Origin: Neodothiora populina | Taxonomy: Eukaryota | Length of the DNA: 64,000 nt | Direction of reading: 5' to 3' | NCBI RefSeq assembly: GCF_041146345.1 | Contig: NW_027191405.1 | Span: 744,001-808,000, forward strand | Shown here: one piece after another, positions 12,523 to 24,943 of the stretch | Layout of the letters: the number at the start of each line of letters is the position of its first letter | How positions within the stretch are numbered: position 1 is the stretch's first letter | Notes under the pieces: generated by a model | The model's database searches: none | Told to the model about the DNA's origin: nothing | What the model saw: only the letters and a program-made list of their open reading frames with translations | Translations under genes and position numbers: made by a program

Positions 12523-14177
12523 ATGTTGGCGGCAAGGCCCATAAACCGCATAGACTCGAAACGGCGGACAATCATCGATCCTCGAAAGAAACAGTTCGCC
12601 AAAGCACAATGGCAGGAACACGACTACAAGCATCGCATGAACTTTTACACTCTGCCTCCTACCGGCGACGTGACACTCGAGCAGTTTGAGGAATGGGCCA
12701 TCGCGAGACTGAAGGGTTTGTGGTGTTGTTTTCATCACCGAAACCAGAGACAGAAAGACTGACACGAAAACCAGTGCTCGCCGAACTCGAAGCATGCCAA
12801 TTCCGCAACCGCAGTCCGGAAGAAACGACAGAGCACATGCGCCCCATCCTGGCCAAATACCTTCCTCTGTCGCAGAACTCATCACGCGCATCAGATATCG
12901 ATGTCGAGCGAAAGAGAGATCACTACTCCCACTGGACCCTCAGGCTCGCCTTCTCCACCACCGAGGATCTCCGAAAACGCTTCGCCAGACTCGAGACTCA
13001 GCTCTTTCGCTTGCGTCTGCTTCAGGATGACTCGAGAGAGCGAAAGGCGTTCATCGGTGACTTGAAGCTCGAGTGGGATAGTGTCTCGGACGAGGAGAAG
13101 AGCAGGATCGGAGAGCAACTCCGGGCGGCGACAGGACTCTGGAAGGGCGAAGAGGAGGATTGGTTCAAAGTGGACTGGGAGCAAGTCCCTGAGCTGGTGG
13201 AGCAGAGGAAAGTCTTGTTGAAGATGGGCAAGGCTTTTGTTCATGTCAGAGAACAACTGAGCATGGTCGTTGGTGAATTCAGCAGACAGCTTGAGGCCGG
13301 CCTCGAGGTGAGTTTCCGTCTCCATCCAATTCCCTTTCCTCGATGATCAAAAAACACACTGACACGAAAGCAACCACAGCTCTCAGCCCGTGCTCTCCCT
13401 CGCATGGACGAAGACAACCGCCTGTCCCCGATCCTGACCCATCTCTCCAAGTCCTTCACAGCACCAGACGCAGCCTACAGCGCCGACGCATCCTCGATCG
13501 GCGACACGACAGCAATAAACGCAAACACAATCGACGCCTTGTCCGTGCATTTCCCCCTCTGCATGCGCAACCTGCACCGCGAGCTGCGCAAAAACTCGCA
13601 CCTCAAACACTACGGCCGTCTGCAATACACGCTCTTCCTCAAAGGCATCGGCATGGACCTGAACGAATGCATCGTCTTCTGGCGACAAGCCTTCAAGCTG
13701 ATGACCGAAGACAAGTTCAAAAAGGAATACCTGTACAACATCCGGCACGCCTACGGCGACGTCGGGGGGGACTCGAACCGGCGCGGCCGCGGATACACGC
13801 CCTACTCGTGCCAGAAACTGCTGACCGACGCCACCGCCTCGGCATCAGGCCAGTCCCACGGATGCCCGTACCGCACCTTCTCGCCCGAGAACCTCGTCGC
13901 TCTCCTCCAAGCCACCGGCGTCTCGGACCGCGAAGTCCTCAAGGGCGTGCGCGAAGACGTCGCGCGCCAGCGCTACCACATCGCGTGTAATCGCGTCTTC
14001 GACTCCACCCACGCCAGAGAGCTGAAGAAGGTCAAGGACGGCAACCTGTGGCCGCTTAGTGAGCTCGACACCATCTTGCATCCGAATACTTATTTCAAGA
14101 GGAGCTGGCAGCTGGAGAGGATCGAGAAGGGCGTCATGGGGTTGCCGGATGGGGGGGGCGCCGAGACTTCTTTTTGA
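12523..14177 (+). CDS. PRI2: DNA primase large subunit (3 exons)
   Basis: HRMNFY..PP.G..TLEQFEEWAI.RL, RDHYSHWTLRLAF, and the Fe-S domain HFPLCM, HLKHYGRLQY, YSCQK, HGCPYR, HIAC. Confidence 0.96.
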
Positions 14178-14619
14178 GGGGGCTTGTGGTTGCGTGGGTT
14201 TGGTTCTATGGAGGTTTTGCGTTTTGCCGTGATCTTGTGAGGAACAAGGGGGTCGTAGCCTCTGGGCTTTTTGTTGGAATGACGGGACCGCTTCAGGCAG
14301 AGAGGGAAAGGAGTTTTTGTGGGACTTTCTGGGTTGCTGAAATGCCTGAAATAAGAACGAGAGACTCTCCTCGGCAATGGCGTTTAACGGAACGCGTACA
14401 AGGGCGTGTCTTTTAGGACTCAGCGCAGCGCAGCAACGATAGGGTTAGACAGTAGTAGGTCGCATACCAATGAATAATCGACAACAACACGACGGTGACT
14501 ATGACCTCCTTCATTCACCTCCCCAACCCAATGAGGCAAGTTGCCAGAGCCAGGTACGAATTGAATACTGTCACAGAAGTGTATCAGCTTATGTTTGTCC
14601 CATTATCCACACCCTTAAG

Positions 14620-16556
14620 TCATGATGCGCCAGTGTGGTCTGACACTCTCCCACCAGGACTCGCTTTACCCCTTCTACTCGCCCTCTGCTCTCGCTCCTT
14701 TTGGCTAGACGCCCTAGAGGCCTCCCTGAGCCATCCTTGCTGGAAGGTGCCCTGTCGTCGGTCCCTTCGCACAACCTCGCTCGGCTTCATCGTCGCTCTA
14801 GGTATACCTGTGCCGCTCTGATAGGGCGCGAGACCGGCCAGTGTCCCTCTTCGTGTGGCCGTAGATGGATCGATTCGAGGTGCGTCCACTGACGGGATAC
14901 TATCGGAGACGAGAGACGCTCGAGACCTCGACGGGTGGCGTGAAGGTTCTGCGGCAGGCAATGCTGCTGTGGAAAACAATGGCGTGAGGTCGTGACTGCT
15001 CAGTACTTCGCTTGGTAGGCGTATCATGTTCGAAGACATCGCTGACTGCTCTCTTGAAGACGAACCAGGATTAATATTGTCTTTTTCATCGACCACACCA
15101 GACGCTAAGGACGAAGCGGACTGGCCTAATACAGACACTGTTGGCAGCATTGCGGAAGGAAGACACGGTGGAGTGTTCGCCCTTGATGCTGGGGGCGTAG
15201 TCAAAAAGTCTCCTGGCATCTGTGAGGACCGTCTCGAAGGCTGGACGAGAGAAGATTCAAACTTCGGCTCTGCGCTCGTTTGTACCTCATCTTTCAGTGA
15301 AGCTGGCTTCACCTTTGATTGTTCAGTGTCTATAGGTCTGGACACTGGGCCGAGGCCAAGGTCATCCGCAGTAGCATGGATGGAATCAAGTAGTTGTGGG
15401 ACGGAAGGACGGAGCATAGTTGGATCCGCATCTAGTACCACCAAGTGCTTGCCCTCAGCCTCACGCTTAATTGCAGGCGTGCCTTCGATTTCAGAGTCCG
15501 GAAAGGCTGCCACTGCCTCGGAGACTCTAGCAAGATCATGAGAAAGCTCCTCCAACCGTTCCGGACTCGAGACGCCATCCTGGAGATTGGTGACAACCTT
15601 ATCAAGAGTACCTCGATGTTCGATGATGATTGCATCCAACATGACGCCCAAGTCAGCGGTAACAATTGAAGGGTATTCTTCTAGTTCAAGGCCTGTTACA
15701 GATGCCCCTGGTAAACAGAACATTTGATGATCGTATGTGACGCCTATCAGTGCATTTGGCGTAGGATCATACTCGGAGATTGGGGTGCCAGGTTCTGTGA
15801 TTGTCGAGCTTGGCCCAGAGTTCGTATGCTCGGAACTGCTCTCATCGTCGTTCTGTTTCGCTGTCTCACGCTTTATGATTTCTTGCTCGGCAAGACAATC
15901 AGGACATGGCTCTAGGGAGACTACAAACCTGCTCGTTCAGCAACACTTCAACATCAACCAGTTACTCAATCTTCTGACAGCGCAGATTTGACGCACCAGA
16001 GACAGGCTTTTCTTGTGTGCTGGCTGAGCTAGCTCCCGTTTCAAGAGTGCACCCATGCCGTGGACATATAACGCGATCCCTAGGGACGTCGGGCTCAGAT
16101 ATAGGCTGGCGGTACTCCTCTAGTCCACCCTCGAACCGCGAAGGTAGTCCAGATCGATGTCGGGTCGGTAGAGGATAATGTAGATATGTCTCAGGCTGAC
16201 GATCCCCGCCCCGTCGGTTGTATGAACGAGCGCTTCCAGCCGTTGGAGTCGCCAGGTCCGGGCTGCTGCTGATTCCTTCAGCAGGAATTGATTTCTGGGT
16301 CGCACTCGAGGCCCCGGCAAGATTGTTGATTAGCCGCACACGATCCGCAACCTTACTACGCCCAAGACCGTGTTTTCGAGGGGAATCAGGACTGTCAGAT
16401 GTGGTGACGGCGGAAGATGCGGTGTTTGTAGCCTTCTAGGCGTACCCTGAGTTTCCCTGCGTGGTAGATGAGTTGGTCGCGCTTGTGGAATCCGGACGAT
16501 TTGATGAGAGACTTCGTCCTGCGAAGGAGTCCAGAACCTGGGGCATTCGTCGTCAT
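14620..16556 (-). CDS. Hypothetical fungal protein, mostly disordered (probably 3 exons; start uncertain, 16546 or 16556)
   Basis: Intron 15996-15921 (GTGCGT..TAG) joins the 125-aa and 367-aa ORFs in frame. A candidate intron 16445-16392 removes an in-frame TAG. CPRH...CPDC motif. Confidence 0.6.
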
Positions 16557-16885
16557 TGAGCAGGCTGGAGAAGTTGCGTGATCTACCAATATCAATAGAA
16601 TGGGAATAATGAAAGAGAATGGACGTATTTCAGGCGGACGCTGGAAGAGAAATATTGAAATAAGAGACCGAGTGAATGATACTAATGGGTTCATGGCATT
16701 CTGTGGACGTAGCACATCGCCGGGTCGCTCCTTCTCACCTTGACCAGCTTACACAGGTAGCAGATCATTTTGTGCGGTCAAGTCAATTTCACAGACACAG
16801 TCTGGACATAAAATGGAAAAGGCGTCAACCGCTGAGAAGCCTGTTTTTGACTTATGATACATTTACGACGGAGACACAAGGTATC

Positions 16886-16893
16886 TATTTACA
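16886..16893 (-). promoter_or_regulatory. Puf3-type element UGUAAAUA in the ATP16 3'UTR
   Basis: TGTAAATA 8 nt after the stop codon of a nuclear-encoded mitochondrial gene. Matches UGUAHAUA. Confidence 0.5.
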
Positions 16894-16900
16894 CATGCAC

Positions 16901-17826
16901 CTACTTGAGGTGGGCCTGGAGGCTCTCCAAAACCTGTCAAGGGGTCAGTATCGGAGGGTTTTGTACAACCAAGAGATGGCGATGGCATACCTCGAGCTCA
17001 ATCTTGGCCTCGGCGATGTCCTGCTCACTGCCGCTGCCGCTGGCAATCTTCTGTGCCTCGGCGATCTGGCTTCTCACGGCCTGGTGGGACGAGTTAGCGA
17101 TTCATCACACACGAAGGGGGGCTCTTCCGGAAAAGTTGAGCTGTACCTCGGGGCTGAAGTCCTCGAGAGGGTAACCCTCAACGGCGTTGATGCTGAGCTT
17201 GGAACCGGGCTGGACAGTTGCGAATCCTCCGGAGACTGAGAGGGAAAAGTCAGTCATTCGTTCTACACAAAAGCCGCCCGCAGTGCTCTACACGTTGCGA
17301 TCCTGCTCTTCTTTCTTGATCTGTTCCTCCAGATGCAAAGTTGTGTGACGTACGGAAGAACTGTTTGCTGCCGGCGGACTCCTCAATGACCTCAACAAGA
17401 CCGGGCTTGAGCTGCTCAATGGAGGGAACGTGGCTGGCGAGGACACCCATGTCACCGGACTCGGCGGGGATGTTGACCTGAACGCTGTTGTCGATTGTCA
17501 GTAAAAGATGGGTCGTATCAGCGGCGAAGCTGTGATTTGCGCAAGAGTCGGAGGTTCGGAGGGGAGGTGTCGTACACATCCTGGGACTTGTAGATGGCCT
17601 GGTCACCGGTTCGGTCAGCTCTTTCCTGTTCAGATATCCTCGTATCTCTCTGCCATATCTCTTCAATTGACAGTCACGGATGCTTGTCGCGTACCTGGTG
17701 AGGAAGAGCGAGGGAGAGCTTGATCTTGTCAGAGGCAACGTCGGCGTAGCCTCTTCGTGCCAGGGGAGCGGCGAAAGCGGTAGGGCGAGCCCTGATGGCT
17801 GCGCGAGCGACACGGAAGGAGTTCAT
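16901..17826 (-). CDS. ATP16: Mitochondrial F1 ATP synthase delta subunit (6 exons)
   Basis: Presequence MNSFRVARAAIRARP...RRGYA, then KIKLSLALPHQ, QVNIPAESGDMGVLASHVPSIEQLKPG, SGGFATVQP, EAKIELEVLESLQAHLK*. Confidence 0.96.
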
Positions 17827-19492
17827 GATTGGCGACTGGTATGAGGATGGTCAATTGCAGTGTCGGATTCCTGGCGGCTTCAAATGTCCAAACGTTGTTA
17901 CACTCTCCCTCTGAACTTGACCAGCAGCTGCTTGCGAGCCGGATCTTGCCGTTCAGACTTTCCGGCCTTGGCGTTGACCTTACCGTACCTACCTTAACTT
18001 ACGGCACCTACCTTACTTTACTGGACAGTACTGTTTCTTACCTGACTTTTATCTCGCATCAACTGCTGTGGAAGCGATCATGCAGTGCAGTACAATATAG
18101 TAATATGTGACAACGCTTGCCACCTTAGTTGTCCTTGCTATCCGACTGTGGTAGCTTCGAGTCTTGTCCATGTCCCCGAGCTGCCTATCTTATCTGCTAC
18201 AGAATGCCAGTGCTTGGCCTCGAACAACCGCCAGGCAAAAGTGCACAGCAATGCCTCTTCTAACGCAGATTATCACTACACCAGGCGCTTGACATACGAG
18301 AGCGGCGTGAGGTACTCATTGATATCTGATTTCCATCGTGTCGAATATGACGTGCCAAGCTCATCCCATATTGTATCTCAGAACTTTGACATCGCTGCGA
18401 ACGGTTGTCGGATTCATAAAAACCCGAAATCTCAATGGTGCTCATACGTTCATACCGCAGCTCCACCAGTCTAGAGTCGTCAGTAAAAACGCCTTCAGAC
18501 CTCACGACCTCTCGACCAAGAGCCGGACAACAAGATTCACTTGTAGGCTTGTTGAGCACTTCGCAGGCAACACCACAGATTGATCGGCCGGATACTGGCT
18601 TCTGCGATCAATACACTGCCTATCTCCGATATCCAGCGGTAAGTCTTATAGGACGTCTACCTGTTATCGGACGTCGCTCCGGCTCTGTGAATAGCTTGTT
18701 GTCCTTTTCTCGCTTATTAGTGAAGCACATGTGTAACTTACTATATCCCGCACCTCCAAGTTCATGCAGAACCGATGCCGCTCGGTCCTTCTGATTTTGG
18801 GAGGACAGCCAAGTCATCTTGCCAGTGAGCAACCGCGGAGCACCCCATTCCAGGTCTAATCTGACGAATGTGGCCAAAAGGTTTGCTTGTGACTGAGCAA
18901 GGTAGTGGATAGACGTCTCATCAATACATCGATCGTCTTGGGAACTTTTTATTGGTCAGAAGATCAAGCACCCGAGAATATCTGTACGACTTTCATGCAA
19001 GAATCCCGGGACCGTCATACCCGCCATCATAAAAGTCCAGACACCATGCTTCTGGGAGCCTAATCATCGTTCTACGGAGGCAGACTCCTCGTGGCCCTGA
19101 TAGCCGCGATAAGCTTGCTGAGCGCTGCAATTGACATCCAGATCGTAGAGGAATGGTTCACAAGCGTAACCAGCATGGTCTTTCTTGCAATCGAGAGCCA
19201 GTAATGGACTAGGGCCAGATGACATGTCCGCCTATCTTCTTCCTACACGCATCAGCCTGACAACGACGGCATGTACCATCTATCAGTTTTTCCTTGACGG
19301 CGATGCGGCTACGTGCTTCATTACTCGAGCTCCATCCACTCTTGTTTGCTCCGTTATGGTCCAGAAATCTGCGTGTACACCATTTCGAGTCTCAATCGAG
19401 GTATAAAATCGCGCTCATTGATCGCCTGAGACGCAGATAACCCCACCTCGGAAGCAGCCATCCTTTTCGTAATACTGACTGGAATTTATCCC

Positions 19493-20638
19493 ATGACATT
19501 TGTCCAAAGGTGCTACTGGCTACCGATAATGCTATTGATGCAATGGTTGCATGTCTTGCTTCCTTGCAAGCCATTTTTCAAGTTTTCAGTCCTCTCGTTA
19601 CAGGTGCAAGTGGGTATAAAATGCAGCATTCCATTGCAAGGTCGGGTCGGTCTTTCGAACTGGAAGTTGAACGTGAACCAGAAGGACATAGCAGGCTTCC
19701 CCTTCGCTACAGTCTTTGACACATTGGAAGCGCAGCCAGACCACAGTCAGAACACCAGCCTTACAACGGGTCTGTTTTGGTCGCGGGCAAAGCTCGTTAC
19801 ATGAGTACTAATATCCTTGACAGGAAGCGAAGCCAGCACTGACGTGGATTTGACTTTGACCAAAGGAGAAGGTGACTTTGAGATCACCAAATCGTTGCAT
19901 CTAGTGAACATGGACATCCTCGTCCGTAGCCCTGAGGTGTCTCGTCAAGCCGCCCCCGATTTTCTCAATCGCGTGGCCATGGATGGCCGCGTTGACAGTT
20001 TCCGCAACAGTGCTCAAGAGAACTGGAAACGAAGATCAGGAGATGAGCAAGCAGAGTACGACCTGTCACCGCGGCTCCCTGCTCCACCTGGCTACGTGTT
20101 GTACCAGGCTCATATCAAACTCAAACCGTCTGCCTGGCTACCCGGGCACCACCTACCGGCCTTCTCGATCATCGATGGTCGACGATATGCGCGCGAGGAA
20201 GACATGCTGATCCCTTCGGCTACAGCAAAGAGGAACAAGGGCAGCAACAGCGCCAAAGCCTATCGCTGCCCATCAGGGGACGACGAACCATGGGCAGCGG
20301 CAATCGTTCATCAAGCTAACATCAAGGAGTACGTGTATACCGGGAACGCAGAGATGGATCTGAAGGCGCTGAGGGCATACCTGGAACGACTGACCAAGGC
20401 GATTGGCACATTGGATGCCTATGTGCCAGGTGACAGGGCGGCAGCGGCCAATCGATGGGTCACGAGGCACCACATCGAGGAGGTGAGAGACGACGTGAGG
20501 GAAGAGGTGCAGGCGGTGCTCACAGAAGTCGACGATCCCAACGAAGAGGGCTATGTCAGCTTCGATGAGTTTGACATGGGTCTGCCACCGCTCCCTAGAC
20601 GGAGGCCAAAGGGGTATGTATGGAGGTGCAGGATTTGA
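19493..20638 (+). CDS. Hypothetical protein or 3' part of a decaying gene
   Basis: 273-aa ORF joined in frame to an upstream ORF by an intron at ~19770-19822 (GTCTGT..CTAAT..CAG). Sequence further 5' is stop-ridden. Confidence 0.45.
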
Positions 20639-21140
20639 GAAGATGGCGGGGAAAAGGTCTTGGACACGGCAGTCTGTTCCTCTTTTTCTTCTCTTTATCC
20701 GAGAACAGGTGTTTGCTTCTGACCTAGGGTTTATTCTCATGACTTTTCGGCTGGTTTATGATGCGTGCTGCTGATCTGCGTGTGGGGATGATCCGATAGC
20801 TTTCTTACGGTGGATATCAAAAGAAGTTGTGTGTTTGTTGTTCTTCAGCCATACTTGGCCAATCAATTGCAAAAAGCTATGATATGCAGTGACGGTAGCT
20901 GTCCGCCAGAGGGGGTGTATTATAGCAAGATGAGTCCATGTACCGGAAACCCCCATCTCGCTCCGTTCTGACCTTGCTGATCCTCTTGTTTGCCCCATTT
21001 TCCCCGAAACGCCAACGCTTGTTTTATCGAATGTATTGTTCTTTGCTCATGTAGTGGTGCCTTGCAGCATCGTTCTTCCGTCAAGTGGGTGTAGCTGTAG
21101 CCGTGTCCGTTGCGCGGTCGCTCGGCATCTGCATCGAGTT

Positions 21141-21632
21141 CTACTCGTCTGCAAGCCCGCTGCCGTCGCGACTGCGATGGAAGCAGCAAGTCAGTACGCG
21201 GCCGTATGCGATTGATATTTCTCTCCAGGCAGAAAGCGGACTCACGGGATATATCTAGCACCAGCACCCTCGATAGTCGCAATGATCTCTTCAGGCAACT
21301 ACAGTCCAACAACATCAGCAAGCAATCCCCGACCGGCGCAAAAAGACCAAACCCACAATGCCAGTGACCTTGACAGCGTAAACGCCCGGCACATAGCCCT
21401 CGAGGCGCTGCCACCTGGCGACCCAGCTAGAGGTGGGATCCGACAGCGTGATGAGGCCCTCGTAGACCTGACTCGTGCACTCCTGGATCGAGTCCTCGTG
21501 GCCCGCGAGTTCGAGGAACTCTTCGCAGTTCGGACAGCCCTCGCGGCGGAAGCGCGACGACGGCATCACGATGCTGCAGACCATGCAGGCGCGCAGTTGG
21601 CGGTGTTGGCCTGGGGGCACGTAGTTGGACAT
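21141..21632 (-). CDS. SPT4: Transcription elongation factor Spt4 (3 exons)
   Basis: RACMVC...GCPNC zinc finger, [26 protein letters not shown]..., YIPRDG. Confidence 0.96.
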
Positions 21633-22143
21633 TCTTTTGGGTAGTAGTGGCGGGGTCCGGGGTGTTGTATTTAAGTCGAGGAGTCGATCGAGAGGTGTGT
21701 GGTGATGCAGTGGTGGAGACGATTATAGGCGGACAGGTGAGGTGGTGGTATTTATCGAAGAGCACTCTGTATTGGAGGATGGTGGATGAGGAATGATGGC
21801 CGCTTAGACTTGCTAGAGGAAAGATCAGTCACAGTGATCTTATCAGATTGTAGATTCAGATCGTCGCCTTCTCCTTCTGGAGCATTTGTACTTTGTACAG
21901 CAGATCGTCTGTGCTTTCGGCATCAGATAACAACTTTGACATGTCGCTTTCCATCAATTCCCATTATTCCACAGCATTCTGCCTCAACTTTATCCTGTCT
22001 AGAATACATATATCTTCTCGGCTTCGAAGATCCGGACAGCAGTTTGTTTTGTGTCCCTACAGATACGAAAAGACCCGTCGATATATATCAATAAGTTGGT
22101 CGGAGATCCGGATATCAGATTGCGCTTCGAATCACATTCCAAA

Positions 22144-23820
22144 ATGGCCACTCCAGAGGCCGTAGAGCTCAAGAACAAGGGCAACGAGGCCTTCAAGAAC
22201 CATGACTGGCCCACCGCCATTGACTTCTACACGAAAGCCATAGAGAAATACGACAAGGAGCCCTCCTTTTACACCAACAGGGCCCAGGTCAGTAGCTGAA
22301 TGAATGCGGCGAGAGCACGCGACCATATCCCCGAAAAGTCCACGAAACTCATCAGTCCCCCACCCGCTCTAGGCCAACATCAAACTCGAAGCCTACGGCT
22401 ATGCCGTGGCTGATGCGACCAAAGCCATAGAGCTAGACTCCAACTTTGTCAAGGCGAGTCGAGACTTGCGACCCTTTTGTGTATCCCCCACTTCTGACCT
22501 GTGAAGGCCTATTACCGGAGAGCAGTCGCCAACACTGCAATCTTAAGACACGCCGATGCAATCCACGACTGGAAGGTTGTTGTCAAGAAGCAGCCCAACG
22601 ACAAGACGGCCAAGTTACAGCACGATGCGTGCCAGAAGGTCGTCAAGCGCGATGCTTTCCTCAAGGCCATCGAGGTCTCCGACGCCCCTTCTGCCCTCGA
22701 AGGTCTAGACCTGGACAACATGGTGGTGGATGACAGCTACGACGGTATGAAACTAGGTGACAAGATGACGCAAGAGTTCGTCGACGACATGATCCAGAGA
22801 TTCAAGGACGGCAAGGCCATCCACAAGAAATACGTCTACCAAATCCTCGTCGCCGTCACGAACATAGTGTACGAGGAACCCACCATGGTCGAGGTGCAGG
22901 TGGAGAAGGATCGCCAATTGACCGTGTGCGGAGATACTCACGGTAGGCTAGCTGCATCAACATTGACAAGGACAAAGCATGGAACTGACATGCCCCAAAC
23001 AGGCCAATTCTTCGATCTGTTGAACATCTTCAAGCTCAATGGCTTCCCCAGCCGAGACCACGCATACCTGTTCAACGGTGACTTTGTCGACAGAGGCAGC
23101 TGGTCCTGCGAGGTCGCGCTTTTGTTGTACGCCTACAAGTGGCTGTACCCGCAATCCATGTTCCTGAACCGCGGCAACCACGAGACGGACGACATGAACC
23201 GAATGTACGGTTTTGAGGGCGAGTGCAGACACAAGTACAACGAGCGCATCTTCAAGATCTTCTCCGAGTCCTTCTCTGCTCTTCCTCTGGCCACTCTTAT
23301 CGGCGACAAGTACTTTGTGCTTCATGGCGGTCTCTTTTCCGACGACAAGATCTCTCTGGACGACGTGAGAAAGCTCGACAGGCACAACCAGCGCCAGCCC
23401 GGTCAGGAGGGATTGATGATGGAGATGCTCTGGACGGACCCGCAGACCATGCCCGGCAGAGGGCCCAGCAAGCGCGGTGTCGGCCTGCAGTTCGGACCCG
23501 ACGTCACCAAGCGATTCTGCGAGAACAACGGCCTCGAGGCCATCATCCGAAGTCACGAAGTCAGAATGGAGGGATACGAGGTTGAGCACGACGGACGCTG
23601 CATCACCGTCTTCTCCGCCCCGAGATACTGCGACAGCACGGAGAACAAGGGAGCGTACATCAACATCAAGAACGATCTCAAGCTCGACTTCCACAAGTTC
23701 GACGCTGTGCCGCATCCCGACATCAAGCCCATGGTGAGTGACGATTATTGAATGCACGTTGTCTGATACTAATGTATTCGACAGGCCTACGCTAACAGTG
23801 CACTCACTGGCATGATGTAA
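22144..23820 (+). CDS. PPT1: Ser/Thr protein phosphatase 5 (TPR + PPP domain; 5 exons)
   Basis: N-terminal TPRs (LKNKGNEAF, NRAQANIKLE, KAYYRRA), then GDTHGQ, GDFVDRG, RGNHE, SAPRYCD and C-terminal PMAYANS. Confidence 0.96.
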
Positions 23821-24943
23821 ACGACGACATGGCGACAACGTACCTAGCGACCGGGAAAAAATTAAGTAGTGTTCTCAAAAGTCTCCACTCGATCATAATC
23901 GAACATCTGAGTGTCAGGTTCGCGAGATATAGAGCGGCATATCTTTGACCCCACAGAAACCGACACTCACGTCCTATGTTCCCCTCCCGCTCTCGGTGCT
24001 TCCCGAATCTACACGTCTCGATCTCCAAGAAAGAAGACCTTGTCAGGGTGAGAATCGCGACATGGTTACTGAAAGAGACTCAATATAGGCATCTGGATAG
24101 ATGAACATGGAAGATGGCAGTGAACCAGTGGAGCGTTTGTCTTTGGAAGTAGACCTAGCTCACGACGGGTACACGAAGCCGTGTTTCTGATTGATGTTAT
24201 GATCACATCACGCAGCGGATACAGCTCAGGTAGCTACACGGTACGTATGATGAAATGTGCAGCGGCGACGCAAGATGGATCGAGGACGAGAAACAGGGTT
24301 CGCAGGTATGAAAGTGTAAAACATAGATATATATGGCAACCTTATGATGGCCAACGACCCGAGACTATTTGTTGTGCTTGCTGCACACGTGGAGGAACGG
24401 GAAGTAGACTCCGTTATACATGTGCCCTGCTTGAACCGTAGAATAAGGTACCTTGAACACAGAAGGTAGATTCAAAAGCAGAGGGAGTGGGTAGGTGGAA
24501 AACAAGAAGCAGCAAGTTTACGCGAAGAGATGCACAGATGCTCTTCCTCAAGCCACGCGGGCATGTTGTCGCGGCTAACTGGACCCTGATGGAATCTCCG
24601 AAGTCTAATGTCCGTATTCCTATTCCACCTTTCGAACCTCCGAACCACGCATATGCTTGTTGGAAACATTCCGTCAAATCAGTAGACGAGTGCCTAATTC
24701 CCTGGGCTAGGAGGAGCTTTAATCGGGTTTGAGATCAACAGAAACAAGAGAATAAAGACTGAGAAGATCCACCAATACACTCACTTCGCGCTCATGCGCC
24801 CATGAAGCTTCAACCATTCCAGAACTGCATACACGCACATCCACCCATCAGGAGCCAATACCAAAATTAATCTTCAACATAAACCTCCCTTAGCACCGGT
24901 ATCCCGGGTGGCCCGTGGCCGAGGGACGGCAAGAAGAGGCACG

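Noticed and set aside
16392..16445. In-frame TAG (16438-16436) as an editing or readthrough site
   Set aside because: A 54-nt GTACGC..CAG intron removes it in frame, which is the simpler explanation.
22957..23838. Long antisense ORFs over PPT1 (also over DUF2457, ATP16, PUF and RET1)
   Set aside because: Shadow ORFs caused by GC3-biased codon usage of the sense genes.
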